Source: Dictyostelium discoideum (taxonomy: Eukaryota). From it: DNA of 64,000 nucleotides. The stretch spans positions 4,160,001 through 4,224,000 of the forward strand of contig CM000151.3 in NCBI GenBank assembly GCA_000004695.1, given 5' to 3'. This document shows positions 47,171-59,855 of this stretch, in pieces (the stretch's first letter is position 1; every line of letters starts with the position of its first letter). The translations under genes and the position numbers were made by a program. A model generated the notes under the pieces. That model was not told where the DNA came from and ran no database searches. It saw only the letters and a list, made by a program, of their open reading frames with translations.

Positions 47171-47208
47171 TACAACAACAACAACAATCACCTTCTTCAA
47201 AATTTTAA
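45325..47208 (+). CDS. taf12: TFIID subunit TAF12 homolog of about 627 aa, a single exon, with Gln/Thr-rich N-terminal low complexity and a C-terminal histone-fold domain
   Basis: The histone fold reads '[75 protein letters not shown]', which matches the TAF12 HFD ('...DDFIESVV..AC.LARHRKS.TLEVKD.QLHLER.WN..IPGFG'). The likely start is the ATG at 45325 (MSAPQQQ). The ORF-track start at 45274 lies in a poly-T run. Confidence 0.85.
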
Positions 47209-47636
47209 TTTAAAAAAATAATAAAAAATAAAAATAAATAAAAGATAAAAAAAAAAAAATAAAAAAATAAAAAAAAATAAAAAAAAAATAAAAAATGGTT
47301 AAAATAAATATAAAATATAAAATAAAAAAATAAAAAAAATAAAAAAAAATAAAAAAAATAAAAAAATAAAAAAAAGAAAATATGTATTACATATTATAGA
47401 TTATTAAAATAAAAATTTTTTTTTTTTTTTTTTCTTCATTTCTTTTTTTTTTTTTTTTCTAAACACTTTTAATTTTTTTTGGTATAAAAAAAAAAAAAAA
47501 AGTATTTAAATGGGAAGATCAAAACACACGACAATGCTTGTCGAAATGGTGTTGTTTACAATAAAAATTTTTGGCAATCAGTCAGAATCTTACAACTGAT
47601 GATGGTTTGGAAAAAAAAAAAAATTGAAAATTAAAA

Positions 47637-47683
<47 letters not shown>

Positions 47684-47807
47684 TGGATATTATAACGATA
47701 ATTAAATTGTTTTTTTTTTTTTTTTTTTTTTTTTTGTTTTTTTTTTTATTTTTTTTATTGTATTTTTAATTGTATTTTTATTATTATTATTTTTCAAGTA
47801 ATAAGTA

Positions 47808-47840
<33 letters not shown>

Positions 47841-47852
47841 TAAAATTAAAAA

Positions 47853-48799
47853 ATGAGTGAACAATTCAAAGATAATTTTTGGGTGTGTAATTTTAAAATT
47901 TTAAATTTTCCATAAATGGTTCTTAAACACTAACACTTTAAAATAAAACAAAACAAAAAAAAAAAAAAAAAAAAACAAAATTTTTTTTTTTAAACTGTTT
48001 AGGGACCAAATGGTTTCGAAACAATTGAAAAAAGAATGAATCAAGGTACTGAAAGTACAAGGTTATTCTTATTATTTTTAAAAGAAAGAGCAGCAATTGA
48101 AGAGAATTATTCAAAAAGTTTACAAAAATTATTAAAAAGTACATCACAATTAATTGAATATGGGTATGTTTTTTTTTTTTTTTTTTTTTTTTCCAATTGA
48201 ATACTTATTTTAATAATAAATAATAAATAATAAATAAATATTAGAACATTACGTGATGCATGGTATGGAGTTAGAGGTGAAGCAGAATCACTTGTAAGAG
48301 TACATCATGAATTAGGTCAAAAAATTGAAAAAGATATAGTTGCACCATTTTCAAAATTTAAATCTGAACAAAAAAAAGTAAAGAAAAATGTATGTATCCT
48401 TTTTTTTTTTTTTTTTTTTTCTCTCTCAACTCTATCAAATATAAAAATCATTTAAATAACTCTTATATTTATACATTTATATATATAAATAGTTTTTATA
48501 TGATGCATATAAATTAAATAAAGAGAGAAAAGATATGGAAAGTTCAATTACAAAAACTAGAGCAAAATATGATGATTATTCAAAACAAGCAGAAACAATT
48601 GCAATAACAATGGAAACTGCTAAAAATACAAAAACAGCAGCTGAAGTGGGTAAAATTCAATCAAAACTTCAAAAAATACAAAGAGATGCAAGTTCTGCTG
48701 AACAAGATTATAGAGATTCTGTTAATAAATTATCAATGTATCAACCAACTTGGGAAGATAAAGTTTCTTCAAATTATCATGTATGTATTATTTTTATAG

Positions 48800-48832
<33 letters not shown>

Positions 48833-49433
48833 TTATTTATTATTTATTAATTATTATTTATTATTTATTTTTTTTTAAAAAAAAAAGACATTACAATTAA
48901 CAGAAGAAGAAAGAATTGATTATATTAAAGTACAATTAGAGAAATATGTTGGAGCAATTAAATCAACAGTACCAGATACAGAGACAACAAATAGGAATTT
49001 AGTGAATGTTATAACACAAATTGATAAATTAGAGGATATACATTGTTTTGTTAGAGAGAGTAGAACTGGTACAGAGAAACCACCACCACCACAATTCATT
49101 TCATTTGGTGGTAAATCGTCATCTGATTATATTCAAAATAAAGCATCATATTCAGCTCCATTAACTTCAAGTGTTAGTAGTAATAGTTTAACGAGTAGTT
49201 ATAATTCAGCGACAACAACACCAACACCAGCACCACGTTCAACTCCAATTAATTTATCTAAAAAGAAACAAGCAAAAGCATTATATGATTATGTTGGTAG
49301 TGATGCTACTGAATTGGACTTTTTCGCCGGTGATATAATTACAATTTTAGACGAAGATGAATCTGGTTGGTTTAGAGGTGAATTGGGTGATAGAATTGGT
49401 TTATATCCTTCAAATTATTGTGAACCAATTTAA
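47853..49433 (+). CDS. F-BAR plus SH3 domain protein (PACSIN/syndapin-like) with five exons: join(47853..47882, 48003..48163, 48235..48379, 48493..48780, 48888..49433)
   Basis: The F-BAR N-terminus reads 'MSEQFKDNFW|GPNGFETIEKRMNQGTESTRLFLLFLKERAAIEENYSKSLQKLLK', compared with PACSIN 'FWE.GNY.RT..R...G..LC.DL..C.QERA.IE.AY'. The C-terminal SH3 reads 'KALYDYVGSDATELDFFAGDIITILDEDESGWFRGELGDRIGLYPSNYCEPI*'. The donors GTGTGT, GTATGT, GTATGT and GTATGT and all acceptors were phase-checked. Confidence 0.85.
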
Positions 49434-49870
49434 AAAAATAAATAAATAATAGATTATTTTTTAAAAATTTAAAAAATTATTCAAAACATTTTATTTTATT
49501 TTTATTTTATTTTTTTTTATTTTTTTTTTTTTTTTTTGGTATAAAAACTTTTTTTTATTTGTGTGGAATTTTGTGGGAAAAATTAAAATTTACCATATGG
49601 TAAATCTAATTTTATTTTTGGTGTTTTTTTGAATTAATTAATTCTTTCTTTTATGATAAAACGGTTAAGAATTTCATCAATTGAAGGATCACCAAAATTT
49701 TGATATATGATTGTCTGATTTAAGAATTACAGGTGGTAGAAGAATTAATTAATTCTGGTGGAATTTTGATTTGAAATATTGTTAATTTTGAATAAAGTTA
49801 TTATTTTTATTCACCCCATAAAACATTACCATTTGGAGTTGAGATTCTGGATCTTTTTGAAAAAAAAAAG

Positions 49871-49912
<42 letters not shown>

Positions 49913-50020
49913 TTTTTTTTTTTAAATTTTAATAAAATTTTTCTCACATCTTTCTTTTTTTTTTTTTTTTTTATTTTATTTTTTATTTTTTTAAAAAAAA
50001 AAAATAATAATAAAATTACA

Positions 50021-51418
50021 ATGAAAATAATTATATTACCAAATTATATTCAAAATAAAATTATTAAATTATTATGTTATAATTATAATTTAATAAATCA
50101 ATCATTTAAAATTGAATATATTGAAAATTCAGATTTTTATGATTCAGTTTATTATTTAAATGATTATAATATTGAAAATTTAATATTTGTAAATTGGTAT
50201 TGGTTTAAAACTGTATCAGATAATATTAATACAATAATAAATTTTAATTATAAATTAAATAAAAGATTAAATTTTAATCAATTTTTAAATCAATTTAAAA
50301 AAAAATCAACAATCTTTAATCAAAATCAAAATCAAGATCAAAATCAAAATCAAAATAATAATGAAAATAATAATGAAAATAATAAATATTTGTTTATAAA
50401 TAATAATAATATTGAAATTTTAATATTAGATTTTTCATATTTATTTAATTGTTTTAAATTATTTATTTTAATGTCAAGATCAAAAATTTTTAGAAAATTA
50501 TTAAATGAAAAAATTAAATTTGATTATCCAAATTTAAAAATTTTAAAAATTAATAATTCAATTAGACAATTTCAAATTGATTTAATTAATTCAATTGATT
50601 TTTCAAATATTGAAATTAAAAATTATTCAATGTTAAAACAAACAATTGATATAATTAGTGGTAGTAATGATGATGGTAAAAGTTTAAATCAATTAAATTT
50701 AATTGATATTGAAAATAAATTAAAAAGTAAAGTAATTAATAAAAAAAAAGAAAAACAATATCAACTTGGTTTAATTTCATCATCAGGTAGTTCATCATCA
50801 TCATTAAATTTTCAAAACTTTGATCCTATTAAATTATCAAAAAATATTAAATCTGTTGATAATTTGAATTTAAATGGTGGTACATATGAATTGATTTCAA
50901 ATACAATTAGTCAATTAAGTTTTGTTAGAAAATATTGTTATGTAGATTCAAACATTTTTCAATCAATTTATAATGATGAAAAATTTAATTCAAACAATTG
51001 TTTAATTAATAGTGAATCTTTTAATATCAATTTTTTAACTTTTGAATCTTTAGTTTCAATTTTAAAGATTTCACCAAATTTAAAAAAAATAAATTTAAAA
51101 TTTTGTTTTCATCATTTAAATTTTATTTTTTCAAATATTAATCACGATGATGATGATGATGAAAGAAATCAATTTAAATCATGTTTATGTACACCAACAA
51201 ATCAAGATTCAAATGATATATATTGGAATTTCATTTATAATTATATTATAAATAGTAAAACTATTAAAAAAATTATATTTGTTCAATATTGTAATGCTTC
51301 AAAACTTGTTCCAAAAGTTTCAAAATTTTGTAATAACTTTGAAAAAATTTTTAATTTATTAATTGAAAATAAAAAATTAAAAGTTTATAATTTACCATTT
51401 TTAAAAAATAAATGGTAA
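50021..51418 (+). CDS. Asn/Ile-rich hypothetical protein of about 465 aa, a single exon, with no recognised domain
   Basis: The ORF 49910..51418 is intact. The first plausible ATG outside the poly-T tract is at 50021 (MKIIILPNYIQNK...). Codon usage is Dictyostelium-like. Weak repetitive leucine-rich periodicity is visible ('LKILKINNSIRQFQIDLINSIDFSNIEIKNYSMLKQ'). Confidence 0.45.
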   Translation: MKIIILPNYIQNKIIKLLCYNYNLINQSFKIEYIENSDFYDSVYYLNDYNIENLIFVNWYWFKTVSDNINTIINFNYKLNKRLNFNQFLNQFKKKSTIFNQNQNQDQNQNQNNNENNNENNKYLFINNNNIEILILDFSYLFNCFKLFILMSRSKIFRKLLNEKIKFDYPNLKILKINNSIRQFQIDLINSIDFSNIEIKNYSMLKQTIDIISGSNDDGKSLNQLNLIDIENKLKSKVINKKKEKQYQLGLISSSGSSSSSLNFQNFDPIKLSKNIKSVDNLNLNGGTYELISNTISQLSFVRKYCYVDSNIFQSIYNDEKFNSNNCLINSESFNINFLTFESLVSILKISPNLKKINLKFCFHHLNFIFSNINHDDDDDERNQFKSCLCTPTNQDSNDIYWNFIYNYIINSKTIKKIIFVQYCNASKLVPKVSKFCNNFEKIFNLLIENKKLKVYNLPFLKNKW

Positions 51419-52333
51419 ATTGTAAATAAATTATACATATAATATGTAAAAATACATAATAGAATTTTATTTTCACAAACGACAACAACAACAACAATAA
51501 ACAATAATTACAATAAAATTAATTCTCCACATATGTCATATTTGTATATTTTAATTTTATTTTTATATCCTTTTATTTAAATGTTAATACTAATAAAATT
51601 AAAATATTTTTTACTTTTTAATTAAATATTACAATCAATTTATAAATATACTATTAAAAACCATTTTATATTTAATTTATTAACCCTCTTCAAAGCAACA
51701 TCGTCATTAACACCACAACCACAAACATCTTATGAACCTATCAATGTTAATTATTTTATAATTTTCGATTTTTCAAAATAACAATAACTCAATTTCAATC
51801 AATAATATAATCGATTCAAAACTTGGAACTTTTTCAATATTATCTATCATTAAAGAACACTACAATGTTGTGTCTATTATTGGTGATAACCAAAAAACTG
51901 TTAGTCTATTAAACGATTTATCAATTAATACTAAAAGATTTAATAACCAACCATCCACAACCAATATCATTGTAAATATTGTTGATGAAAAGTTCAATGT
52001 TAATAGATTTTCAAACCAATTGGAAAAGTTAGACATAAACAAAATATTATCAGAATGTGATAATAACTTCGAAAAAACTAAACAAGTAATGGCCATTACA
52101 TTGAAAAATTAGTATCACAAGAAAATGGTGCATAAATATAATATTAAAAAATAAAAAATAAAACATATAAAAATAAATAAATAAATAAAATAAAGCTTCA
52201 TTATTTATTAAAAAAAATTATTTTATTACATTTTAATTTTATTTTTTTTATTATTTTATTTAATAACATTTTTAAAAATACTTTTTATTTTTATTTTTAT
52301 TCTCTATGTTATACATTCTTATTTATTATAATC

Positions 52334-52459
<126 letters not shown>

Positions 52460-52793
52460 CATCATCACCACAATCATTATCATCACCACAATCGTTATCA
52501 TCATCACCTTGTTGGTATTGATTATAATAAATAAGAATGTATAATTGTAAACTGTTTATAATATTTATTATTTAATTTTATTTATTTATTATGATTCTTA
52601 AATAAATGAAGACAATTTGCAATAGGAGATAAATACAAGAAGTATATTATTTATATCTCTAAAGGGAATTATAGTTTTATTATTATGTGTATTGCATTAA
52701 TTCTTTTTTTTGAGTATTTTAAAAACTATTTATACCAAAATCTATTAACCTCTAAAGTTTGTATCTGAAAAATGAAAATTTTACTATAGAAAT

Positions 52794-52839
<46 letters not shown>

Positions 52840-53175
52840 TTTAATATAAATCAAAATCTATTTTCCAGACATTGTTTTAAATAAATAAAAAAATAAAAAA
52901 ATAAAAAAAAATTTTAAAAAAGAAAAATAAAGAAAGAATTTTCTTTTTATTATTTATAGACTTATTTTTTTTTTTTTATTTTTTGTATAATAATCATGGA
53001 AATAGAGCAAAAATTAATATGGATGTGGTAAACGCACAATGAAAAAAAAATTTTTTTTTTTTTTTTTTTTTTTTCATCTATTTTTTTTTTTCATTTTTTT
53101 TTTTATTTTTTTTTTATTTTAATTTTTGTTTTACTCTGTTTAGTAACAATAATAACAAAAAAAAAATATTTAAAT

Positions 53176-53442
53176 ATGAGATCAGCTACTAAATTATTTA
53201 AAAATTTGAGCAAAAGTGTTGTTCAATTAAAAACTGTTAAACCAGTATCATCATTAAATTTTGGATATATCAAAACTAGACAATTTTCAACATCAACTAC
53301 TGACTCATCAAATTTATTTTTAAATAACAATAATCAATTTCAAAATTTTACTTTCCCAACAAAACGTAGGTTTTATTTATTTATATATTTAATTATTTAT
53401 TTTTTTCATTTTGTTTAGAAAAAAAATAAAAAAAATAAAAAA

Positions 53443-53479
<37 letters not shown>

Positions 53480-54537
53480 TAAATTTCAAATATTATTCTT
53501 TCAGTTTGTGACAGAAAGAGAAAGAATATACATAAGTTGGGGGAAAAAAAATATATAAACAAATACACATGTGTCAATGAATAAACAGAAGGAATATTCC
53601 AAAATTCCTTCACAACCCCAAAATGGACACAACAGTTGCAATTTTTTTTATTTTTTTTTTACAAAAAATTTTAATTTATTTTATTTTAATTTTTATTTTT
53701 TTTTATTTTTTTTTTTATGAACAAACCAAAAATATAAAAATTTTTTTTTTTTTTTCATTTCATTTTGGATATAATTCATAATAAACAAATACTAATTAAA
53801 AAATGACTCATCCACATTGCCATAAAAAAGAACAAATTAGAATCAGAAAACCAGCTCCAGCTTTCAAAGGTCAAGCTGTTGTCAATGGTGAATTCAAAGA
53901 AATCTCATTAGATGACTACAAAGGTAAATAAAAATAAATTTAATGTCAAATTACATAAAAAAAAAAAAAAAATTAATTAAATACTAATATTTATTTTTTG
54001 CAATATCTAATTATTTTTTTTTTTCTTAATATATATACAGGTAAATACTTATACCTCTTCTTCTACCCATTAGATTTCACTTTTGTATGCCCAACTGAAA
54101 TTATTGCTTTCAGTAATGCTGCTGAAGAATTCAAAAAAGCCGGCTGTGAACTTGTTGGTTGTTCAATTGATTCACCATTCACCCATTTAGCTTGGATCAA
54201 TACCCCACGTAAAGAAGGTGGTTTAGGTGGAATCAACATCCCACTCTTATCCGATTTAACCCATCAAATCTCAAAAGACTACGGTGTTTACATTGAAGAA
54301 GATGGTCACACCATTAGAGGTAGCATTCTCATCGACAAAGAAGGTCTTGTTAGAGTCATTACAATGAACGATAATCCAGTTGGCCGTAGTGTAGATGAAG
54401 CAATCCGTACTTTGAAAGCCTTGAAGTTTACAGATCAATTCGGCGAGGTATGTCCAGCCAATTGGTCAGAGGGCGATAAATCAATGAAAGCAGATCCAAA
54501 AGGTTCAAAAGAATACTTTGAAGCTGTTAATAAATAA
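53176..54537 (+). CDS. Typical 2-Cys peroxiredoxin with an N-terminal mitochondrial-type presequence (PRDX3-like), 259 aa. It has three exons: join(53176..53365, 53831..53923, 54041..54537).
   Basis: The sequence '[26 protein letters not shown]|[24 protein letters not shown]...[35 protein letters not shown]...[30 protein letters not shown]' closely matches human PRDX3 over the peroxidatic and resolving Cys regions. Exon 1 '[42 protein letters not shown]...' ends at a GTAGGT donor in phase 1. The acceptor AAAAAG at 53829-30 restores the frame (CAA). A GTAAAT donor after 53923 pairs with the acceptor at 54039-40. The total is 780 nt. A downstream in-frame ATG at 53803 could give a presequence-less isoform. 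Confidence 0.88.
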
Positions 54538-55322
54538 ATGGTTCAATCCTTTTTTGTAATTCTCTCATCATATTTTTTTTTTTTTTTTTTCATTTTTCAT
54601 TTTTCACTTTCATTTTTCATTTTTTTTTAAAAAAAAAAAAAGCGAGGGGCATTTCGCCACACTTTTTAATTTTTTTTTTTTTTGATTAATATTTTTTTAA
54701 TAATACTGTTTTAAAATGTGTTTGTATATTAATCAGTGTCACTATAAGATTTTTTTTTTTTTTATTATAATTTTTTTATTTGAAAACTTTGGGTGTCAGT
54801 AAAATTTCTAAAACTAATTGACAAAATTCAATTTGTTTTTTATTATTTAAGCAATCTTTTTTTTTTTTTTTTTTGTATTATTATTTTCCAAACCATTAAC
54901 AATAATTATTATTATTATTTAAATTGTTGATTATAAAATTAAATTAATGATACGCACATTTTTTTTTCTTATTGTAATTTGGACAAAACATTAATTTGGA
55001 CTAAAGTTAAACACCTTGAAAGGGATTTCCAAAGTATAAGAACCCAAAGTGAATTAAATGACGAGTTGATTGAGAAATACCAACTTTAACAATAATTATA
55101 GGAACAAAACTTGGTCTTCCATAAGGTAAAACTGTTTGTCTCACAGAAAAAATTAATAAACAACCACAAATATATTTTAAAAAATGAATGCACTGAACTC
55201 TATTGTCCTTTGAAGCAATTAGAAGGAATTAATTCAATAAGTTTAGGAATTTTCAAATTAAATAAAATACTATGAGTTTTTATTTTATTCAAAATGAATT
55301 AAAAATCAAATTAATAGAGTCG

Positions 55323-55369
<47 letters not shown>

Positions 55370-55707
55370 ATTAAAAAATTATTAATGATTTTAAAATTAA
55401 TTTATAAGTTATAAAGAAATTTATATAAAGAATTATATTCTTGTTTATTTTCCCTTTTTAATTGTTGGGAAATTTTTTTTTTATAAGCCAAACTATTTTT
55501 AAAAAGAAAAGAAAAGAAAAAAAAAAAAAAAAAAAAAAATTATTAGTAATTTTGGAAATTTATATAATAGTGATTAAGAAAATTACACTATCCATGTTTT
55601 CCCCTTTTTAATCGGGGATAATTTTTAATACTTTTGATTGGTATTAAAGAAGAAAATTATTAAATGATTCTATTTTTTTTTTTTTAAAAAATTTTAATTA
55701 TTTTAAT

Positions 55708-57739
55708 TTAATTGGTTTTATTAAATAGTAGTTCAAATTTTGAATGAATTTCAATATTGTCAAATTTAAGATAATTTCCAATTTTAATGAAAAGTGATTT
55801 ATTGAAAATAGTTGGATAATTATTTAAAAATAAAATAAAAGACATTTTATCATTTTCAATTAAGCAACAACATAAAATGTGATGTGGAATGATTAATTTA
55901 ATTTTTATTTTTAATTGGTTTTCAAATACATTTAGAGGGAAACCATTTGATATTTCAAGTTCAACTGAATCCTCACCTATTACCAAAAAACCTTTTTTTA
56001 TTTCTTCTAAGATATGATTTGAAATAAAATTTGATATTGGTGGAGAAAAATAACCATTTACTTGGATAGATGGATTAATTTTAATTGCTTCTTTTATCAT
56101 TCTAATAAATGTATTAAAATTATCAATCATATGAATATTATCAAAATATGAGTTTTTAATTTCATCATTTATAATAAAAAATTCTGGACCTGAAAGTGCA
56201 ATTAGAAATAATGAGAAAATACCTGGATGATTAACACCATTTTCTTTAGATATTTTAACCATTTCATCAAATGAAATTATCGATGCTTTTCTATTTATAC
56301 TTTCCATTAATATTTTATATTGATTAACCAATTTTGAACTTTTTAAATAAATGTAATTATAATTAAATTCAGAAAATAATGAATCTTTATAATATTTAAA
56401 AACTAAATTCATTATTTTATCATTTGTAATTGATCTGAAAATAATTTTACAACTTTTTTTTTGCATCGATTGCATTTGCTTTGAAAACTTCTTCAATTAA
56501 GTATAAATTACAAGTTAAAAGAATATTTTTAATTATATCAATTTCAAAAGATGATCCTCGAAGACTTGAATTACCATTTGATTTGATTTTATTATTTCTT
56601 ACAATTTCAAGTAACCGACTTGTATAATTCTTTAAGATTTCTAAATTATTTCTAAATGTTACTTCCATTGTAAAAATTTTTTTGGCACTAAGATTAACCA
56701 TTGATTCATTTTCAACCAAGTTTTTAAAATATTCATTTAAATAAAAATGAAATTCAAGATCATGTTTTGAATTATATAATAAATATTTTTCATTAATTAA
56801 TTCTATTATTTTTTTCTTTTGAATATTAAAATTCTCTGGGAAAATTAAATGATACATTTGAAGTGCCACGACATTTTTACATTGAACAATTATGGTAATC
56901 CATTTATTAAAATCACCAAAATTTATTTGACCTTCTCCACTACCACAAAATGATGTATTAGAGAATAAAAATTTGAAATAATTTCTATTTTTAAAATCAT
57001 TTTCTCTAATGAATTGGATTGTTTTGATAATTTCTTTCTCACTTTTTGAAAGATCACCTTTGTTTATTGAATTGGCAATTCCTCTAGCTAAGGATTTCTC
57101 TAAGTTTTTACAATTTAATTTATAAAAAAGATTTTTATAAATTTCATAAGCTAAAAATTTATTCCTAAAAACTGTCAAATAGAGAGATTTTGTATTATTA
57201 TCTTGATTGTTTGTGTTACATGGAATATTTTTTATTTCTATTAAACTTGAATTTGATCCAATAAGTATCTCCTCTGAACTAAAAGATAAAACTCCACCAT
57301 CAATCAATTGATTTATTGAAATATTTAAAAAGTTACTGATCTTCTTAAATTTTTTATTATTCTTTGATAACTCTATAGTTGTAATAGGAATTGAAACAAA
57401 TTTAAAAATACTATTTATATAGGTTAAAGTCTCTTGAGTGAGATTTAATCTTTGATTTTCCCATTGAAACATATGTAAATAAACTATACAATTTGGAATC
57501 AATCCATCTTTAAATTCTCTTTTTCCAATGTAATTGAAATAAAATTGATTATTATCATTTCCATTAAAAAATTGTTGGTTTTGGTAACAATCAAAACACA
57601 AATCATTGAAAACAAAAATAAAATCAATTTCAGAAACTTTTTTTGGAAATGAATCAGATGTTAATATATATTCACCAACATTATAAATAAAAATATTCTT
57701 TATTAAATTAAAAGAACCATTCTTTGATGTTGACTCCAT
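55708..57739 (-). pseudogene. Large hypothetical gene of about 675 codons split into two overlapping ORFs (56447..57739 and 55708..56496) by a 1-nt frameshift in a T9/A9 homopolymer at 56454-56462. It is either a recent pseudogene or a sequencing error in the homopolymer.
   Basis: The upstream ORF ends '...LIEEVFKANAIDAKKKL*'. The downstream ORF begins 'MKKFSKQMQSMQKKSCKIIFRSITNDK...'. Removing one A from 'GCAAAAAAAAAGTTG' joins them as '...NAIDAKKSCKIIFRSITNDKIMNL...'. Both halves are otherwise intact, and no intron signals flank the junction. Confidence 0.55.
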
Positions 57740-57953
57740 TTTTAATTTTTAAAAAAATTTAAAATTAATTTTATTAATTAAAATGAATAAAAAAATTTTA
57801 AAAAATTATAGTGTGTGTGGTTTTAGGATCCTAAAAAAAAAAAAAAAAAAAATTTCAAAGATTATAGTTAAATGTTATAAAAATGTAATAAGCTTTATTT
57901 TTATTTGGGAAAATTTTAAAAAAATAACATTTTTACAAAATTTAAATTTGTGT

Positions 57954-57985
<32 letters not shown>

Positions 57986-58067
57986 TAATAATTCAGTTTA
58001 AATAGTATTTTTTTATTTTAAACAAAGAGGAGAAATATTAATTTTGACTAATTTTATTTTTTTAATC

Positions 58068-58098
<31 letters not shown>

Positions 58099-58419
58099 TT
58101 AGTACCAATAAATGAGAAATCGGAATAGTTTTTTCGATGAAAAAAAAAATTTATTTTTATTTTAATTTTAATTTTTTTTTTTTTTTTTACATTGGTGAAG
58201 CCTTGAACCCTAACATTTTCGTGTGTCCCCCAACATATTTTTGTAAATGTTTCCAAATTTTCAAATCATCTTTGAGAAATTTTTTAAAAATATCTTTTTT
58301 TTTTTTTTTTTTTTGAAATATAAATAGATTTTTTTTTTTACCAATTTTCATTATCATTTAAATACTTTAAATTTATTATAAATTATTAATTTTAGATAAT
58401 TAAAAAAAAAAAAAAAAAA

Positions 58420-59304
58420 ATGGTTAAAATTTTACCTTTAGTTTCATTAGTCTTAATTGTATTGTCAGCTGTATGCACAATCATTGGTTTTTCAAGTAGG
58501 CTTTTAATTATAAATTATTAATATTATTATTTTTATTTTTTATTTTTTTAATAATTAATTAATATTAAAATTTTTAAAAAAAAAAAAAAATAATTAAATT
58601 ATTATTTAATTATAGCTTACTGGTATCAAGTAAAGTATGAAGGTGTTAGTGGTTCAACTGTAACAACCTACTATAAGTACAATAAAGTTAAAAGTGTTCT
58701 TTCATTTAATGGAGATGAAGAAACAGATACTTCAAACTATGATGATGTTGATGGTGAATTTTCAGCTCAATTAAAATTCTACAAAGCCGCTTTATCAATG
58801 GATATTTTAGCATTTGTTAATTTATTCTTTTCAGCATGTTATATGGGTATGGCCGCATTTAAAGAAATTTCCCCAGCAAATCAAACTAAATTAAAAAATT
58901 CTCTTAATGGTGCAACTGTATTTTTAATTATTGCAACATTTGTAGTTTTAGGTTTACCAAAAGTATTTATTTAATTTAATTTAATTTTATTTTAATTTAT
59001 TTAATTTATTTTATTTATTTTAAATTTATTAATAATATCATTATTATTATAAATTGAAAAATAGGCAAGTAGAGAGGATTGTGAAGATTATGCAAAAGAT
59101 AGTAGCTTAAATTATACTGGTAGTCAAGTAGATGAAATGTGTGGTGGTGATATTTATAAAAAATTCATTGGAAGTCACACTGATGAAGATGGTTCAAAAT
59201 TATCTTGGGGTCCAACAACTGCTTGGATTGCAATTGTCGTTGGTCTTGGTATTGCATTCTTCAATAATATTTTTGTTTATTGTGGTCCAGTTTTCAGAAG
59301 TTAA
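58420..59304 (+). CDS. Small four-TM membrane protein of 220 aa (tetraspan-like) with a Cys-containing extracellular loop. It has three exons: join(58420..58495, 58616..58962, 59065..59304).
   Basis: Exon 1 reads 'MVKILPLVSLVLIVLSAVCTIIGFS' and has a GTAGGC donor. Exon 2 reads 'TYWYQVKYEGVSGSTVTTYYKYNKV...AALSMDILAFVNLFFSACYMGMAAFKEISPANQTKLKNSLNGATVFLIIATFVVLGLPK' and has a GTATTT donor. Exon 3 reads 'ASREDCEDYAKDSSLNYTGSQVDEMCGGDIYKKF...TAWIAIVVGLGIAFFNNIFVYCGPVFRS*'. The phases were checked and total 663 nt. Confidence 0.55.
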
Positions 59305-59384
59305 ACAAAAATAACAAAAACAATAACAACATTAATAAAAACCAAATATTTCATTTTCTTTTTTTTTTTTTTTTTTAAATTCCA

Positions 59385-59418
<34 letters not shown>

Positions 59419-59820
59419 AATAGTCGATATCAATAATAATTAATTACCCCTTGTATTTTAATTTAAAAAAAAAACAATAAAAAAAATTTTATTTGTTTTA
59501 AATCAGCTTAAGTAAAAAAAAAAAAAAAATAATAAAAAAATAAAAAAAAATAAAACTAAATTAAATAAAAATAATGATATTCATTTTTTAATATCAAAAA
59601 TTTAAAAAAGATAATTTATTACGTTTTAAAAATACAATGACCAATATTGAATAATATTAGATTCTAAAAAAAAATTTGGTAGGAAGAAAAATAATAAAAA
59701 AAAAAAAAAAGTAAAAATTAATTATTGTTATATTTTTAAATGAATAATAACATTCCCACTTATTTTTAATATTTCAACTGTCAATCTCCTTTCAAATACA
59801 ATCATAAATTTGTAAATTAG

Positions 59821-59855
<35 letters not shown>

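Noticed and set aside
47500-47610. Moderately GC-rich patch containing TGATGA and CTGA boxes, considered as a box C/D snoRNA
   Set aside because: The boxes are in the wrong order and spacing, and no terminal stem or guide complementarity was identifiable by eye.
51762-52112. 80-aa ORF (51870..52112+) and antisense 78-aa ORF in a slightly GC-richer region
   Set aside because: The plus ORF is open from 51762 but has no in-frame ATG, since the track start is GTG. No upstream exon with a phase-compatible splice could be built. The antisense ORF has poor codon usage. It may be a real small exon, but it is not supportable.
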